From the NCBI GenBank assembly GCA_000004985.1, contig GG738875.1: a stretch of DNA of 64,000 bases; one strand, 5' to 3'. Positions within the stretch are counted from its first letter, which is position 1. Each line of letters opens with the position of its first letter. Of the stretch, positions 23,431 through 37,145 are shown in pieces. The notes under the pieces were generated by a model, which did no database searches, was not told where the DNA came from, and saw only the letters and a list, made by a program, of their open reading frames with translations. The stretch is from Naegleria gruberi (lineage: Eukaryota). The translations under genes and the position numbers were made by a program.

Positions 23431-23717
23431 TTTCTATTGTGGAACTTTGTAAATAAAACAATTCTGTGTAAATTTCTTTCAGGAAGGTTGACTGTTTTAC
23501 CAATCGAAACCCGCATCTATTTCATGTTTATGCTAATACTCATACAGAACTATTCGCAATCTATAAATCATCTTGCCACCATGGTTTTAATCTGATTTAA
23601 TTTCCACTTTAAGATTAGGATTATGAATTAGTTTGAAGTTTCTTTATCAAAGTTCAATACTTTCCACCGGGTTTGCTAACGAAGTACGGGTTCAATGAAA
23701 CTTTAAACACGAGTTTA

Positions 23718-26700
23718 TTAAGCATTAATCTTGAGTCTTCTACCGGCTTGGGCTGGTTTTTTCTTCTTGTCTTCTACCTTTTTGAAACTTAGGGTTGGTT
23801 GTGCTGAATATTCTTCTAGCTTTACAAAACTCTCTGCTTCTCTAACCTTACGATCTTGTTCTGCTAAATGTTTGATGAGTGATATACATAGACTTTTGGT
23901 ATGACATAAACAAACAGAATCAGGGATAATATCTCCATCTTCTATGGCAACAATTTCATTTTGAGAAGTAATAGGCCACAGACTATCCATAATAATATAG
24001 AAATTCAACCCAATATTTGTTTGTTGGTAGAAAGCAGGAATCAAGAACCTTATAATAAATCTTTTGAGAACTGTTGTAAGGTTATTGATATTGACATTGT
24101 TTTCTTGGCATGATCTAATAATTCTTTGCACAATATTTTCTTCCAACTCTATAGTATACAAGTCACTGAGATAATTAACTTCAAAATCAAAGATAACTTC
24201 TTCTACATATTCAAACAAGTTGACAATCTTGTTGAGAGTAAAATTAGCGAAAAACTGTTCCTTGTCATTCAAGTTGATTTTCCAATCATAGCAAAATGTA
24301 GAGACTGTAACATCAGGATTAAAGTTCACCAAATTCATGACTTCCAATAGTTTTTGTAAGGAACCTTGGATTTTTTTCAATCTTGGCAAGTCGTTGATTA
24401 GTATATTCACTTTGGTTCTTTCAGAGTCGTCCAGAGGTATTGGATTTGGAATTTTCTTTCTGGCGGCCATATCTGCATTGCTACCAAAAGATTCACCAAT
24501 GTACTTGATTTTTCTCAAGTTTTCAAAATCCAATCGCTTTTTTCCTAATAAATACTTTGAGGCCAAAGCAAATTCAATCTTATCAAAAAGGTATCCAACT
24601 GTTGTACCTTTTCCATATTCATAATTTTTGTATGAAAAAGTAATGGTTAAATCTTCCAAGTATTCTGGGTTAATAATTACCAGATCTTTCTTTTGAGCTT
24701 TTTGTACTGGAATAGTAGGTAACCCTATGATACCATTAATAGATTTCAAAAAGGCAAGATTTGCTGATTTCTCAGCATTTTGTTCTGCAATATCTATAAA
24801 ATTATTTTGTACTTCAGCATAGCCTTGCAAGGCAGCACAAATATACAACCCAAATGGCTCTTGCTGATCTTCTATCAAGAAGAATGATAGCATTTCTGTG
24901 TCAATCTTTTTCTTTGATTTAGGTTGTTTACATCCATAATTTACAGCTTTTTCTGCTTTCCATTCTGTAACTACCTTTCCATAGAGTTCTTTCAAGCCAT
25001 TAGTTTCTGCATAATACTTCATTTCTGTTTTTTCAGCAGTTGCTCGTTCAATAGTGTTATCACATTTATCCATCAATAAATTGGAAAAAGTGATAAGGTC
25101 GAAAAGGCTTTCGATGTGATGTAGCTCTTTTTCATTAGTCAAGTAGGCTTTCAGGAAAGGATACAATTGTGCATTCTCTGGATTAGACATGAATAATGCC
25201 TTCATGCCTTGGACAGAAGGAGATGATGTAATTCTAAATTCTGTAAATTTGTTAATTTGGGAATTATTTGGCGTACATGTTTCTTCAATGATTGCTTGGA
25301 GACTACTGTTTTCTTCGGACCTGGTAGAATTCATTTTTATATCTCTGATTGAGAGGTTAATGTCTCCCAGAACTCTGGAGGTATATTCTATCAATCCATT
25401 TTCGAAAATGGCTCTCTTGTCCTCTGTATCTAACCTTTCATTATTTCCAAATAAATAATCCAAATTTGAAATAATACATTGCTGCAATAGGAAGCACAAA
25501 TTTTCACCTTGTTGATCTAAAATTTGGGCCAATATATTCCAATCCTTAGCAGCTTTTTCATTAAAGTAATCAATAGGGTTATTAAGTTGATTCTGGATGA
25601 AGAAACCTCTAATTTCATCTATGCTAACTAAATTGATATCTAAGCCATTGAGGATAATTGAATTAATAAAGAATTGCCAAACTCTGAACATTGCTGGAGG
25701 GAATTGTCTTACGGTATGATAATCATCATTAATTGCAGACATTGTACATCCTTTTTCGTTGGATGAATCGGTTCCGTCTCTTTTAGCTTCATCAATTCTA
25801 CTTCCTTGAATAAGTTTGTGACCTTCTCCTCCAAGTGTTGCTCCACATGTTGGGCATCTAGCAGTACCATTAGGTTGTCCACAATTTCCAATCAAATATA
25901 CATAACCACAATTACATCTGTATCTACTGTGACCTCCATCTTTGGTGTTGATAGCCTTCAAAATACCACCTAAAATATCGTGTTCTGCTGTAACTACGTA
26001 TGTGGAACGGACTGTATTTGGATTTTTGATGAAGATGGAAATAGGGTTTTCTGGTATGCATACAGCAAGACACATAACACTAATTCTAATAACATAACTG
26101 CAATCCCTTACAGTTGCTGATCTAAGTAAGCGTGTCACAAGGTTTTTTACAGATTTTGAAAAGCTTTGGAAGCTGCTTGCAAAGAATTCCACACAGAGAC
26201 GTAATGTTGAATCGGTAATTTGTGAAAAGTGAATATTGTTAGTAATCAATCCCATCAATGTGTACAACAACTTTGGATTGGACTTTGCCTCTTGAATAAG
26301 TTCCAACATATCTCTTGTATTATTCAAGTAGTACATTTCATCAAAAGCTTTTTCTGCTTCTTTGTATCTAGGTAGTGACCTAAATATGTTATAACCAAGT
26401 GTGTCGAACGATTTGTTTGTTAAATCAACATCTAATGATCCAGAGATATCAGACTCCACAAATTCTTTAAAATCTAACCAATTATCGAAAGATTGTTTCA
26501 CACATTTGAGAAGATAATTTTTTGCGTCTTCGTCTTGAGATAAATAATTGGAAATTATTGATCCAGAAATAGTGGTTTGAAGGTCTTCTTGACTTGAAAT
26601 ATTTTTCAAATGGTGTCTAATTGATGCAACGTAGTAGGCTCTTTCAATATCTGGAACTGACTCACTATTAGGAGAATTGATTTTGTTACCTAATATTCTT

Positions 26701-29700
26701 AATTCTTCTTCATTGGTCAATTCTTGGTCTGAAACCAGTTCTTCAAGTACATCTATAAACACATAGTAAAGAGGGCAATATGGGTTATTCACAAGAAGAT
26801 TGTTTAGAACCCTCAGGTTCTCAAAATTTCCCTCCTCTAACTCTTCTATATGATCAACACAAATCTTATAGACAATTTGCGTCAAATATTTAACATCTTG
26901 GATTTCAACAAGTTCTCTACATACTACCTCCAATAACTCTTCTGTAAGCTCTAGTCTTGAAATAAATACCATCTTGGATTGGAATAGGTTTTGGGACTTT
27001 GATAAAATTTGCAATATGTTTTCTATTAATTTTGGATCTTCAAGATTGCAATCATAGCAGAGAATCTCTGTACATATTTGTTGGATTTCATATGGGTATT
27101 CCAGTAAATAGTGAGAGAAATCTTTCAAAATTTTTAACAAAGTAGCTGAAACATTCTCTTCCAACAATATTGGCAAAACTGTTGCTATTTTGTCTTTCCA
27201 TTCATTGTTAGGGGTTCTAGTTCCGTCTTGAAGCAGAGATAAGGTGATTATATCAAGTAAATCATCCAAGCATTCAATATCCTCAGGTATCTCAATAGAA
27301 TTTCCACAACAATACTTGATTAATTCTACAACAGCAAGTAATGTTTTTTGGTTATTCCAAACCATTAGTATTAATCTTTCTTTTGGAGAGAGTACTAAGT
27401 TGATCTCGAATAAACCAAGTATGATATTTTCGAATATTTGAGCGAATTCTGAGTTCAGCCCCAGTTCTTGAGCAGTGATTGTCAAAAAATCTCTTTTAAG
27501 AAGTTCTTCTGAGTAATCTTGCAGGCCAAAAACGCATTCAGATGACTCTATCAAAGAAAGAAGTAGAGGCTCTAACTGTTGTTCTTGATTATCACCTTTT
27601 TCAATACTGGAATTTTGTTTTAACATTTCCAACTTGTCTTTGAGTTCCTTATAGATTTCACATTGCCACTTACTATATGGAAGTCTCAAGCCCTTTATCA
27701 ACATAATTTTAGAATTATTAGCTCCATTATTGTGGTATTTAGCAGTGATATTCTTCCATAAAGCTCTCAACTTCGGATCTGCAATGAAAAAGGTCTCAAG
27801 AGCTGAATGTTGTTCAATGAATTTCAAAATATTGAGCAATTTTCGTTGAACAAGGTCTTGCATTTCGTTTTTGATAGCATCTATCAGACAACCAGATTCT
27901 GCAAGCTTTTTCTTGTCAAGGGCAACATGTTTCCTCCAATCAAACTGAACCTTTTGCAATTCTTCATTAAGAATTTCTCCAATAAATTGTAAAAATTCGG
28001 CATCTTCAATTATCTTGGAAGATAATGTACTTATGTATTCAATATTTACGGCAAAGTAGTCTATCTTCATTAATGTTGCCTGAATGATATCTTTCAAGAT
28101 ACTTTCAACATTGTAAAATTCACTCGAGAACATATCATGGATATCTAATAAGTTGGTCTGGTCAAAATTAGGGGACAACTCGTCAATAGTCACTTGTTTC
28201 CACCCATTCATGAAATTTAATTTCCAATCTTCATTTGCATTCTCATAAATATCTCTGGAGATGTGTAAAATGAGGAATACCTTCTTGTCAGTCCTGTCAG
28301 AGTTTTGAATATGATGATCTACAATAAATTTTACCATCGGTACAAATTTACCATCCAAATGAGATTCAAAGTGTATGGTCAACAGCCCATTTTCTTCATC
28401 ATTAAAGAAATCTTCGACTTTTTTAGCAAATTCCCTCTCTGTATTAAACTCTCTTACCCTAATGGAGGATAACCAGGTAAAGTTTAATTCTGTCAAAATA
28501 TGTGAAAAGGTCATAATCATGTGAGCAAAACCATCACAATTGTTGTAGTAGTCTAATAGATTATTATGTTTGTCTAATTGGTATCTATTCAACCAGTTGT
28601 CACATTCTTCCTTAGATACGCTGGAATATGCCAATCTGACTATACCATCAAAGGTTGAAGTTGCGATCAGTGCTTCTTTGCAAATTTCTACACAGTGTTC
28701 TACTGAGGTAGTTGAATTAGTATTTGCAAGAACCAGTGATGATAGTGTATCTGAAGAATAGGATGGAAACATGTCGTTAACAGTAAAAACGTTACTATCT
28801 AAATTAGTAATATTTTCTACCCATTCATTTAAACGCATCACACATTCATTCACTTTAGATTCACTAATATTCTCAAAGTTAAGAATTTGTTTTTCGAATC
28901 GGTTCAAAAAAGGAGGATCACAGGTTGCCAGACGCTTTTGGTCAACTAAAACTATGCATCTAAAATTCTCGTTAACGTGGCACATAGGGTTACTATGTGG
29001 GCCAATAGCAATTCTACAATTTCTTCTTTTAGCGACATAAGTATAGTTTTGATTCAGCATATCGTATAAGCTGCCATAGACACTATCTAAATCTTTCAAA
29101 ATCAATGTGTACCCTTCTTCCATACAATAAATAATCTTATTCAAAACCACATAGCTGTATTCTTCTGTCTTGTCCAAATTGAACTGACTTCCATAAATAA
29201 TTTCAGGACTTCTATTAAGGAACTCTTTGTAATAGTACGTAATGATATCTAATGCAGAATCACTATTAGTAATTAACATTAGATGTCTGGCATTCTTATC
29301 TTCAATATTTTCTTTGATTAGTTCCAATATTGGCAAGTCTGATGGTACAGATTCAGTAATTGATGCTTTTTCAAATAATATTTTCTTGAAATTCATAGCC
29401 GAAGCTGAAAGACCTCCAAAATTTCTATCTATAGCTCTACAAAGACTAACAGCAAAATTTTCTTCTTCTTCAATGATAACACTTTTGACAAGTGAGTAGT
29501 AATCTCTCAAACCATGGAAATTGTTATATTTTTTGTTTGAAATAAATTCGTAGTAGGACTTAGAAAGATAATCTAATAGAAGTTCTATTGTATCTGTCTT
29601 TTCAATATGATTATTTTCAAATAAAATTGTTTTTGCAATTTCCTTTAGCTCATTTTCATCAGCTTCAGGTCTAGAAACATGGACTGCTCTGTTCATTTTT

Positions 29701-32700
29701 GCTGCGTCCAACCTCCAGTTTGAGATACCAACCACGGCAACATCCCTTTTCTTTGGTTCTAACAATGCGTGTAGAGCTTTTAGAGGGTTGTGTGCTGAAA
29801 TTTCAGCTAAACCAATTTCATCCAAAATTACTACTGGTATAACTTTTTCTTCTTTTTCATTAATTTTCAAATATCCTCTTGCCTTATCAAATACCTTGAG
29901 AATACCCTCTGATGTAGAAGACTCTGAACCTTGGAATGCAATGAAGATGAGTTGTGGGAGAGTTTTGAAGTATTTATCTATTGAATCTTCTCCTCTTAAA
30001 TTACTAGTCAAAAGTTGAATAGCTAAACTTTTGCTACAACCTGGCTTACCAACAACAAAAACAGGAAGCTTGTTCAAAATGCACACCAATATTACGAAAA
30101 TATTTTCTTTCAAAGACCTATTCCAGGCAATATTTGGTGGAATTTCCATTCTTCTTAGATAACTTGTCTGCTCTTCATCAACTATCCTTACAAAGTCTTC
30201 TTTTGAAATTCTTGGTAAATGTTTACAAACAGTAGTTAGATAATTTTCTCTATATTCTAACTTTGCTAATCTAGAGTAATAACAAACAGAAAGTGCTAAT
30301 ACAACGCTAGAAATATCATATTTGTCATCACGTTGGTTTTCTTGTATCCACATGATTTGGTTTGCTTTTTTCAATGGTTCTGATCTTTTTTTAAGGGTTT
30401 CTAAGAAATACTGACACAAAACAATAAATCTATTGACGTCTCGCAAACTAACGCTAGAAGCATCTTCCAAATCTCTTACAAAAGCTTGGGATTCACAAAT
30501 TATTGTGCAGAGAATATGTTTTGGAAATTGTATGGTTAATCTTCCAAGCATTGTTTGGATATAACTCATTTCGTCAGTTTGAGATAAAAAGCCATAATCC
30601 CAAATATAATCAATTAAACAATCAGGTAAAGGATTGACTCTATAAGCAAGGTCTGATGCTTTATCTTTTTCTAGAGCAGATGTATAAATATGCTTCCTTG
30701 TTCTATATGGATTGCATGCAGCAATAACTGAGATATTAATTGGTAGGCTGATTCCACGTATTGACTTTAAAGTTACAATTTCTGAGACCAAACCTAAATA
30801 GTCACATGTGTTAATTTCATCCAAGAATACCAAATGCTTTGTATTAGGATTGTTATAAGCTTGTTCTATAACTGCTTCCATAAAGCTGATAATTATGTCA
30901 GGTGTTGTTCCAGCATGGAAATTAAGTAAATTAAAGGAGGCACCTGTTTTTTTAGCTAAAAACTCTACCAGACTTGTTTTTCCACAACCTGTTTCACCTG
31001 ATATCACAACTGGTATACAGGCTTCTACTCTTAATAGTATTAACATCATTTTCAACAAATTGTCTGCAGTCATGGCATATTGACCATCATACTCTGTAAT
31101 AGATCCGGCCATCTTTCCCAACTCAAATAACAAGGCTTCTTGATTGAGAGAGGAGTAATCTGGAAGAGAAACTTTTTGGCTTTGCAAAGTGTCAAAAATA
31201 TCGGAATGGGTTTGTTGAAGGAAAGACAAGTCTCTATATAGAGCTGTGATAGTGGAATCGTACTTATGGAAAGCAACAATAAGGTGATTACTTTCCTCCC
31301 ATCTAACCATTCCAGATTCTTTAAACAACACCACATCTGATTTTGATCCCATCACATGATGTTGTTGTTGTTTTCTATTTCCATGCACAGATCTGGTTGA
31401 AAATTCAGAATACACATCCATTAGTACTTTAACTAGTTTGCTTCTAATTTTTTGGGATTCTGTAACATGTGTAATTTGTTGGGTTTTTAAGAAAACTGAC
31501 TGAGAAAATTTGATAAATTGTTCAGCAAGAACATTAATGAATACGTGCATTAAAGAGTAATTGATCTCCTTCTTATTTTTAAAAAAGTACTTTTGAATCA
31601 AGAGTCTACATTCTTCATCAGATACAACGGTTGCATTTGCATTTGGGCCACTGAATATAATATCTTCCGTATCTATTGTGTCATTATCCAACGCTTTCAG
31701 GTAATTAAATGTGACTTGACTTCTAGATAATAATGATTTGTTGAAAACTAAATTTTCTAAACGAAATTCAATATCTTTCTTATTAATCAAATATGTTTCT
31801 CGAATGGTCAAGAAGTTCCAAAATCTGGATTGGCTCTCTAATTCAATAAATATATCAAGGTTATTAACAGGAATTTTGAACATAACACGGTCATCTATCA
31901 CCATACCAAAAGTTATAATCTCGAACAAAAGATTATTCAGCAAGCAAGCATTTGATTGGGATAAATTTCTTATATCAATGTGTAAACAGTCTATATGTGA
32001 GAGATTCAACCTCTTTAATCTATTGCACAATTCTGCTCTGTTTACTGAATCCATAATAGGTAAATGAACCAGTTTTTTACGTCTACGGAGTGCCTCAAGC
32101 CTAATATTTTCTGTTTTTCCGACACCAGATACATCTGATGAGTAAAGATAGGCTTTTGAAAATGGTTGAATAGCTTTAGTAGTGGTTGTGTTTGGAATAT
32201 TTTGTAGGAATCGTTTGAATTGGTTTACAACATAGCTAGTTTGGTTTCCACTGGTATCTATCAAGCACAGTGAGCTCTTTTTTTCTAGATTAAGTTCTTT
32301 GAGTCTATTAATTTTATCAACTAGTTGAGCTTGAAGTGAGAACGAAAGCTTCTCTATTTGTGCTATGCAATATAGATCACCAGATAGATTGTTAAAAAAC
32401 GATCTTGAAACAATAGCATTAAGTGGCTGCCAAGTAGTACCATATTCACAAAATAGTACTGTGGAGGGTTTAGGAAGGCTATTAGTGAAAATTTTCAGGA
32501 TTGTGCTAATGAGCTCTTTGTTTTCCACAGATAGGACTACAAAAGTATTTCTAAAGTAGGATGATACATTTGCATCAGATTTAACCTTATTGTGAAAGAT
32601 TTTATCCAAAATCTTACCCAATCTTTCTAATCTATGTTCCATGTCTAATAGCTGTTCTTGTTGTTGGAATTGTATCAATTTAATTTCATTCTTGGATATT

Positions 32701-35700
32701 GGATGGATAAAATTTAATAGAGGATAAACATCATCTACTGTGCCATTTCCAGAAAAATACCTTTCCAACACCCAGAATCGCTCTGGAGCGAAGAAATTCA
32801 AAAAGAAATGTTTTCCTAAATAATTATCCAAAATGGTTTGCCAGTTTTGTGTTTCCGTCTCAATTTCTTGGATATTATCTGGCAATGCATCGAAATCTAT
32901 TTTTTCAGAACAATAATCCTTATTGTTTCCCAAAGCTTTCAAATTGTTAATTTTTGTTAAGTAATCAAAAGCAAGATCACAATATTCTATAAACATTTCC
33001 ATATCATGGAAATTTCTTTCAAGAGATTGGTCTTTTCTTGAATTTATAATCAACAATGCTCCGCTTCGTAAATCTTGTATATCAGCTATACTGACTTGTT
33101 TTACCTGGTCGTCATTACCATTGTAAAGCAGAGATAAAATATAGGCAGTAACATTTTCCAATGAAACTCTAAAATAGCCAGATTGTGTGGCATTGTAAAT
33201 TGTTTCCTTTGTGAGCTCTCCTCTGTTAGCAATAGAGTCTAGCAGATTTTTCAAACCGTTAATAGAATGATTTGAGCTTTCGACCTTCACTACTAATTTT
33301 AAATCTACAACAATATTTGATAAACGGTTACAAAAATCTTGGATGCTTCTATATTCCTGGCTAATGATTGGCCTGATTAATTTGCTGGCCTCAATCAAAT
33401 CTGCCACTGTTTCTTGCCTTATAAAGTTTTCTCCCAAATCTTCAACTGCATTTACCAAAGCCATAATACTTTGTTGATCAGTCTCCTTAATGAATTGAAG
33501 GAGTGGAGAAGAAGTAGACAAGGCATCTAGAAAAAGACAGTCCATTCTAGCAAGAGAATAGGTGCTAATTATTTGCTCTACACGCTTACAAGTTTCAATC
33601 CAATTCGATTCTAAGCTCATATTCTTGAATTCATTTAATTCATCAATTTCAGTATCAATATCACCGATGTCAAGAGCATTTGAGCCAGTAATCTCTATAA
33701 TTTTTTGAACCAGCTCCATTACCTGTTTTGTAAAGAGAAGGGTTTTCAATTTGGTAGTAAGTTCTATTACTTTTTCATCACTTGCGTCAACAAGATTACC
33801 CAAAAATTTCACTTCATTTGTAATATTTTCTTTTTTGATAGCTCCTAAAATTTCAATAACTTTGGAGGAAGGTAGTATTCTCCCCTAAAAACAGTTCATA
33901 AGAAAAATGTGTAAGCTCTACACTTATAGCAGAACCAAGATCGATTATATCACTAACCAAGCTAGTATGTTTGCTTGTTCTCGCTTTAAGGAGTTTGGAA
34001 AAGGATTTTGACTGCTTGCAGCAAATGATAGTCTTCAAATTTTTGTTTTCAGCTCCAGATACAGATTGATTTTGGAATTCTGAAAAGCTCATCTTCATCA
34101 TGCCATCATATAAATCCTTATATTTCTTTTTCATCTTTTCGAAATCAGAACAATGGGTACAGTATGCATCAAGAATTTTTCTCATATCATTGATGTGTTC
34201 TTTGTATGTATTGATTTGTTGTATCATATCAGCAAGACTTTTAACACAATCCTCTCCGAGATATAACTTCAATATTTGATGATCATTGTTGTTCAAATTT
34301 TCAATTTTTTCCACTGTTACAGCTGCAAGGTTCTTCTTTAAAAAGTTAATCTTTGTGGTAATGTTCAAAAGTTTTGGCTCTGGTTTTAGAGTAAAGTACT
34401 TAATCAATAAAAACCAAGCATTGTCTTTAAACACTCTTTCCGTGTCCATCAATTCTAATATCTTCAAAAGGATGGCACGTAAGTGAGAAGTGTTGAACTC
34501 CTTTCCGCAACAAACACCATCAATGACATAAAGGTACAAGGGTACTTTTTTGCTTTGCAATTTTTTGATAGTAATTTTAATCACTTCAACCACAGATTCA
34601 TCAAGAAATTTAATTGGCAACGCACACGGTTCGTTGATGATCGTCTTTAAACAAAAATCCAACAGTGACTCATCAGTTCCCTTTTTCTCCAATCGAGGGA
34701 GAATAACCTCATGCACAGTATCTAGAAAATTCTTTCCAAGATTTACGGTACACAAGTGAAGATAATAAGTTAAATCTTCTACACGTACACCTCCGAAAGT
34801 AACTCTAGCGGCAAGCCATTTCTTCAGCTGATCTTTCAATTCATTGTTTTGGAATTTTTTTATAAATTTGCAATGGTGATAAAAAACTTTACAGTCTTTT
34901 CATTGTCGGTCAATTGCATGGTGCTAAGAAGTACTTTTAGTTTGTCTTCCTTCTTGATTTCAGATTGGTCAATGAGTTCTTGAATTCTGATCAATTCTGT
35001 TTCATCTTCCAAATCAACCTTTTCAGACAAAATCAATGCAACCATTTGTGTGTCAACAGATAAACTCAACTTGGGATAGTTTTCTCTAATTGAGAACAAC
35101 TTATCCATGTTGGATTCTGTACCAATTGCTTTCTTGAACTTGTCTTTAAATTCATATGAGTTTGAATATTCTGGATTCAGTTCTAAAATGAAATCAAGAT
35201 ACGTCATTCTAACTGGTAACGAATTCAAGAGGAAACGTGCCACTGCACCAACGTAAGGACTATTCAAAATGGCTTGCTTCTTTTTCATAAGGTTTTCCAT
35301 TATCTCACTCAAAGCTCCTTCGTTTGTTATTAAGTAATTAGTATGATTGTTCTTTACAAACTCATAACCTGTAATTTCGGTGTAATCTGAAGACAAAAGT
35401 CTTAAGGCAAAATCAGGAGTGAGACTGATGGCAATTCTGGTGAGAATAACACCTAAACATTTGGATATTGTTTTGTATTGCTTCATTTCTGAATTAAAGG
35501 GAACAGCTAAAAGAGAGTTGAAAATCAATTTCATATCATTAAATTGCAAATTGAATAGAGCATCTGACAATCCAAGTAGAGTACATATGATGAACCGAGT
35601 GTTAACATCTTCTGGGGTTAGGTTCTTCATAAAGGTCACAGCATAATAGAGATCAAGTTTTTTGTTTGATTGGACGAATGATGTTAATAAACTTTCTAAC

Positions 35701-36941
35701 TTTTCATAAATGTTTCTACCTGTTTACAGATATAACACGGCAATATTCTACAAGTCCAACAGTATGGTTTTGGTCGAACGCAAAACTATATCTACTTTCA
35801 CCAAGCATGACCATACAAGGTCTAATGTCATTGCCAGTGAAAAATCTATTTACTACATTCTTGGAAACGTGCATTTGTAAAACGACAGAATGGACATATG
35901 GATCAAAGTTACCTCTCATTACATAAAATTGTTGCCCAATCGGTTCCATCTCTCCCAATTTTCTTTTTCTATCATCAAAAACCTCTACCTTGCTGTATTG
36001 ATTGTTCTCTTGCCACAAATAGATGGTTCGTTTCAAGAATGCCTCATTGCTGACAATAGAACTGGAAGAAGTTGCTACCTGGTTGTCTTTTGTAATTGGA
36101 ATCTGAATCAGTCTTTTGGAGCGAGTACCCTTTCTGAAAAGTTTCGATCTTCTTCTCTTGTTGCTGATTTTCCTTACTCTCTGATACCACTGAAACAGTC
36201 TGTTGTTCGATTGTTTCTGGAGGATCTGAAATAGGAGGATATTGAACCTTCTTTGGTTCACTGATCGTACTGTTTTCGACTGCTGGTAACTCATTACCAA
36301 TAGTCTGATCAGTATCAATGTCCATATTATCATTCGATTGGTTACCACTTGTTTGATCGACTGGAGGTATGTGTGTTTGATCACCAGATGAAGTGCTAGT
36401 TCTAGGTGTTTGGGATTCGGTTGATGGTTTTGGAGGGCCTTCAGAATTCCCAACCCTATTCTCCTCTTGCACAGTTGTGGAACTGTTGGGAGGATTAGCT
36501 GTTAACATTTTTTTTGAGATGATGAGACGAAACGTGATGAAGTGTCAAAGTTTTATTTACCCAAAGGTTTGGAAACTGTTTGCCTCTCTGATCTTTGATT
36601 GGTACATGAAGAAGTTGCGTTGTGGACGCAGGTTGCCAATCCTCTTGTGTTCGAATTACAACAAGTGCATGGTCCTAAACAGACGAAACAAAACTTAAGT
36701 GAACAATTACTGCATAACATGTGACGACATCCTCTACCACTATGAGTATTTGGAGTAAAGAAGTCTGGACACAAACGCATTGAAGGCACTCCTGTAGCAA
36801 GAAATGGAGCTGATCCGTTCATTGAAATATTCTATTCGAATCACGTTTAGTTACAGATGGATCAATTACGGATAATGAACCAATTAAAATACTTACAACT
36901 GTTTTGCATTTAGAGGCTGCGTCTTGTTTGTGTTCATTCAT
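23718..36941 (-). CDS. giant RNF213/mysterin-like protein: N-terminal Cys-rich module, S/T-rich linker, dynein-like AAA ATPase units, RZ-type zinc finger (putative E3)
   Basis: The main exon 33812..23718 (3364 aa) has no ATG. Its frame stays open upstream to a 'tttttag' acceptor. The exons 34839..33853 and 35639..34860 lie in the same frame, separated by one TAA that sits inside a candidate 65-nt GTAAAG..CAG intron. Further upstream exons are found on the same strand. The first exon 36941..36897 ('MNEHKQDAASKCKTV') ends in GTAAGT. The next exon is Cys-rich, with 'CPDFF..GCRHMLCSNCSLKFCFVCLGPCTCC'. A phase-1 GTAAAT..AACAG intron then joins it to an S/T/Q-rich exon. AAA motifs include 'VISGETGCGKTSLVEFLAKK', 'VVGKPGCSKSLAIQLL' and 'DVSGVGKT'. 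The RZ finger is 'RYRCNCGYVYLIGNCGQPNGTARCPTCGATLGG'. The exact exon boundaries at 35650..36100 are unresolved. Confidence 0.65.
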
Positions 36942-37145
36942 TTTTTTGTAATGAAAACTTCACGTTCAAGTCATCAATCAAATATAAAAAATGGAATGCT
37001 CATCATGTCACTTTGTGCTGCCATCATCAATGTTTGTTGGTTTTCCATTGAGTGATGACTGTGATCACATCACCACTTCTTGTTTATCTGTAGTTAGTTT
37101 ATTAGTACAAACATATATTTAACAAAATTTAAGTGTTTATTAGAA
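36942..37145. promoter_or_regulatory. putative bidirectional promoter between giant RNF213-like gene and UBL-TerD gene
   Basis: A 204-bp AT-rich spacer lies between the two divergent start codons at 36941 (minus) and 37146 (plus). It is inferred from the gene arrangement only. Confidence 0.3.

Noticed and set aside
24126-32559. Numerous 60-110 aa plus-strand ORFs inside the giant minus-strand gene
   Set aside because: All lie antisense to a continuous 10-kb coding exon with strong domain content. They are AT-rich, with Ile/Phe/Lys-biased composition typical of chance ORFs.
36553-36822. Cys-rich 89-aa ORF as an independent small zinc-finger gene
   Set aside because: It is flanked by consensus splice sites that join it in phase to the upstream MNEHKQ... 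exon and the downstream S/T-rich exon of the giant gene on the same strand. It is better explained as an internal exon.
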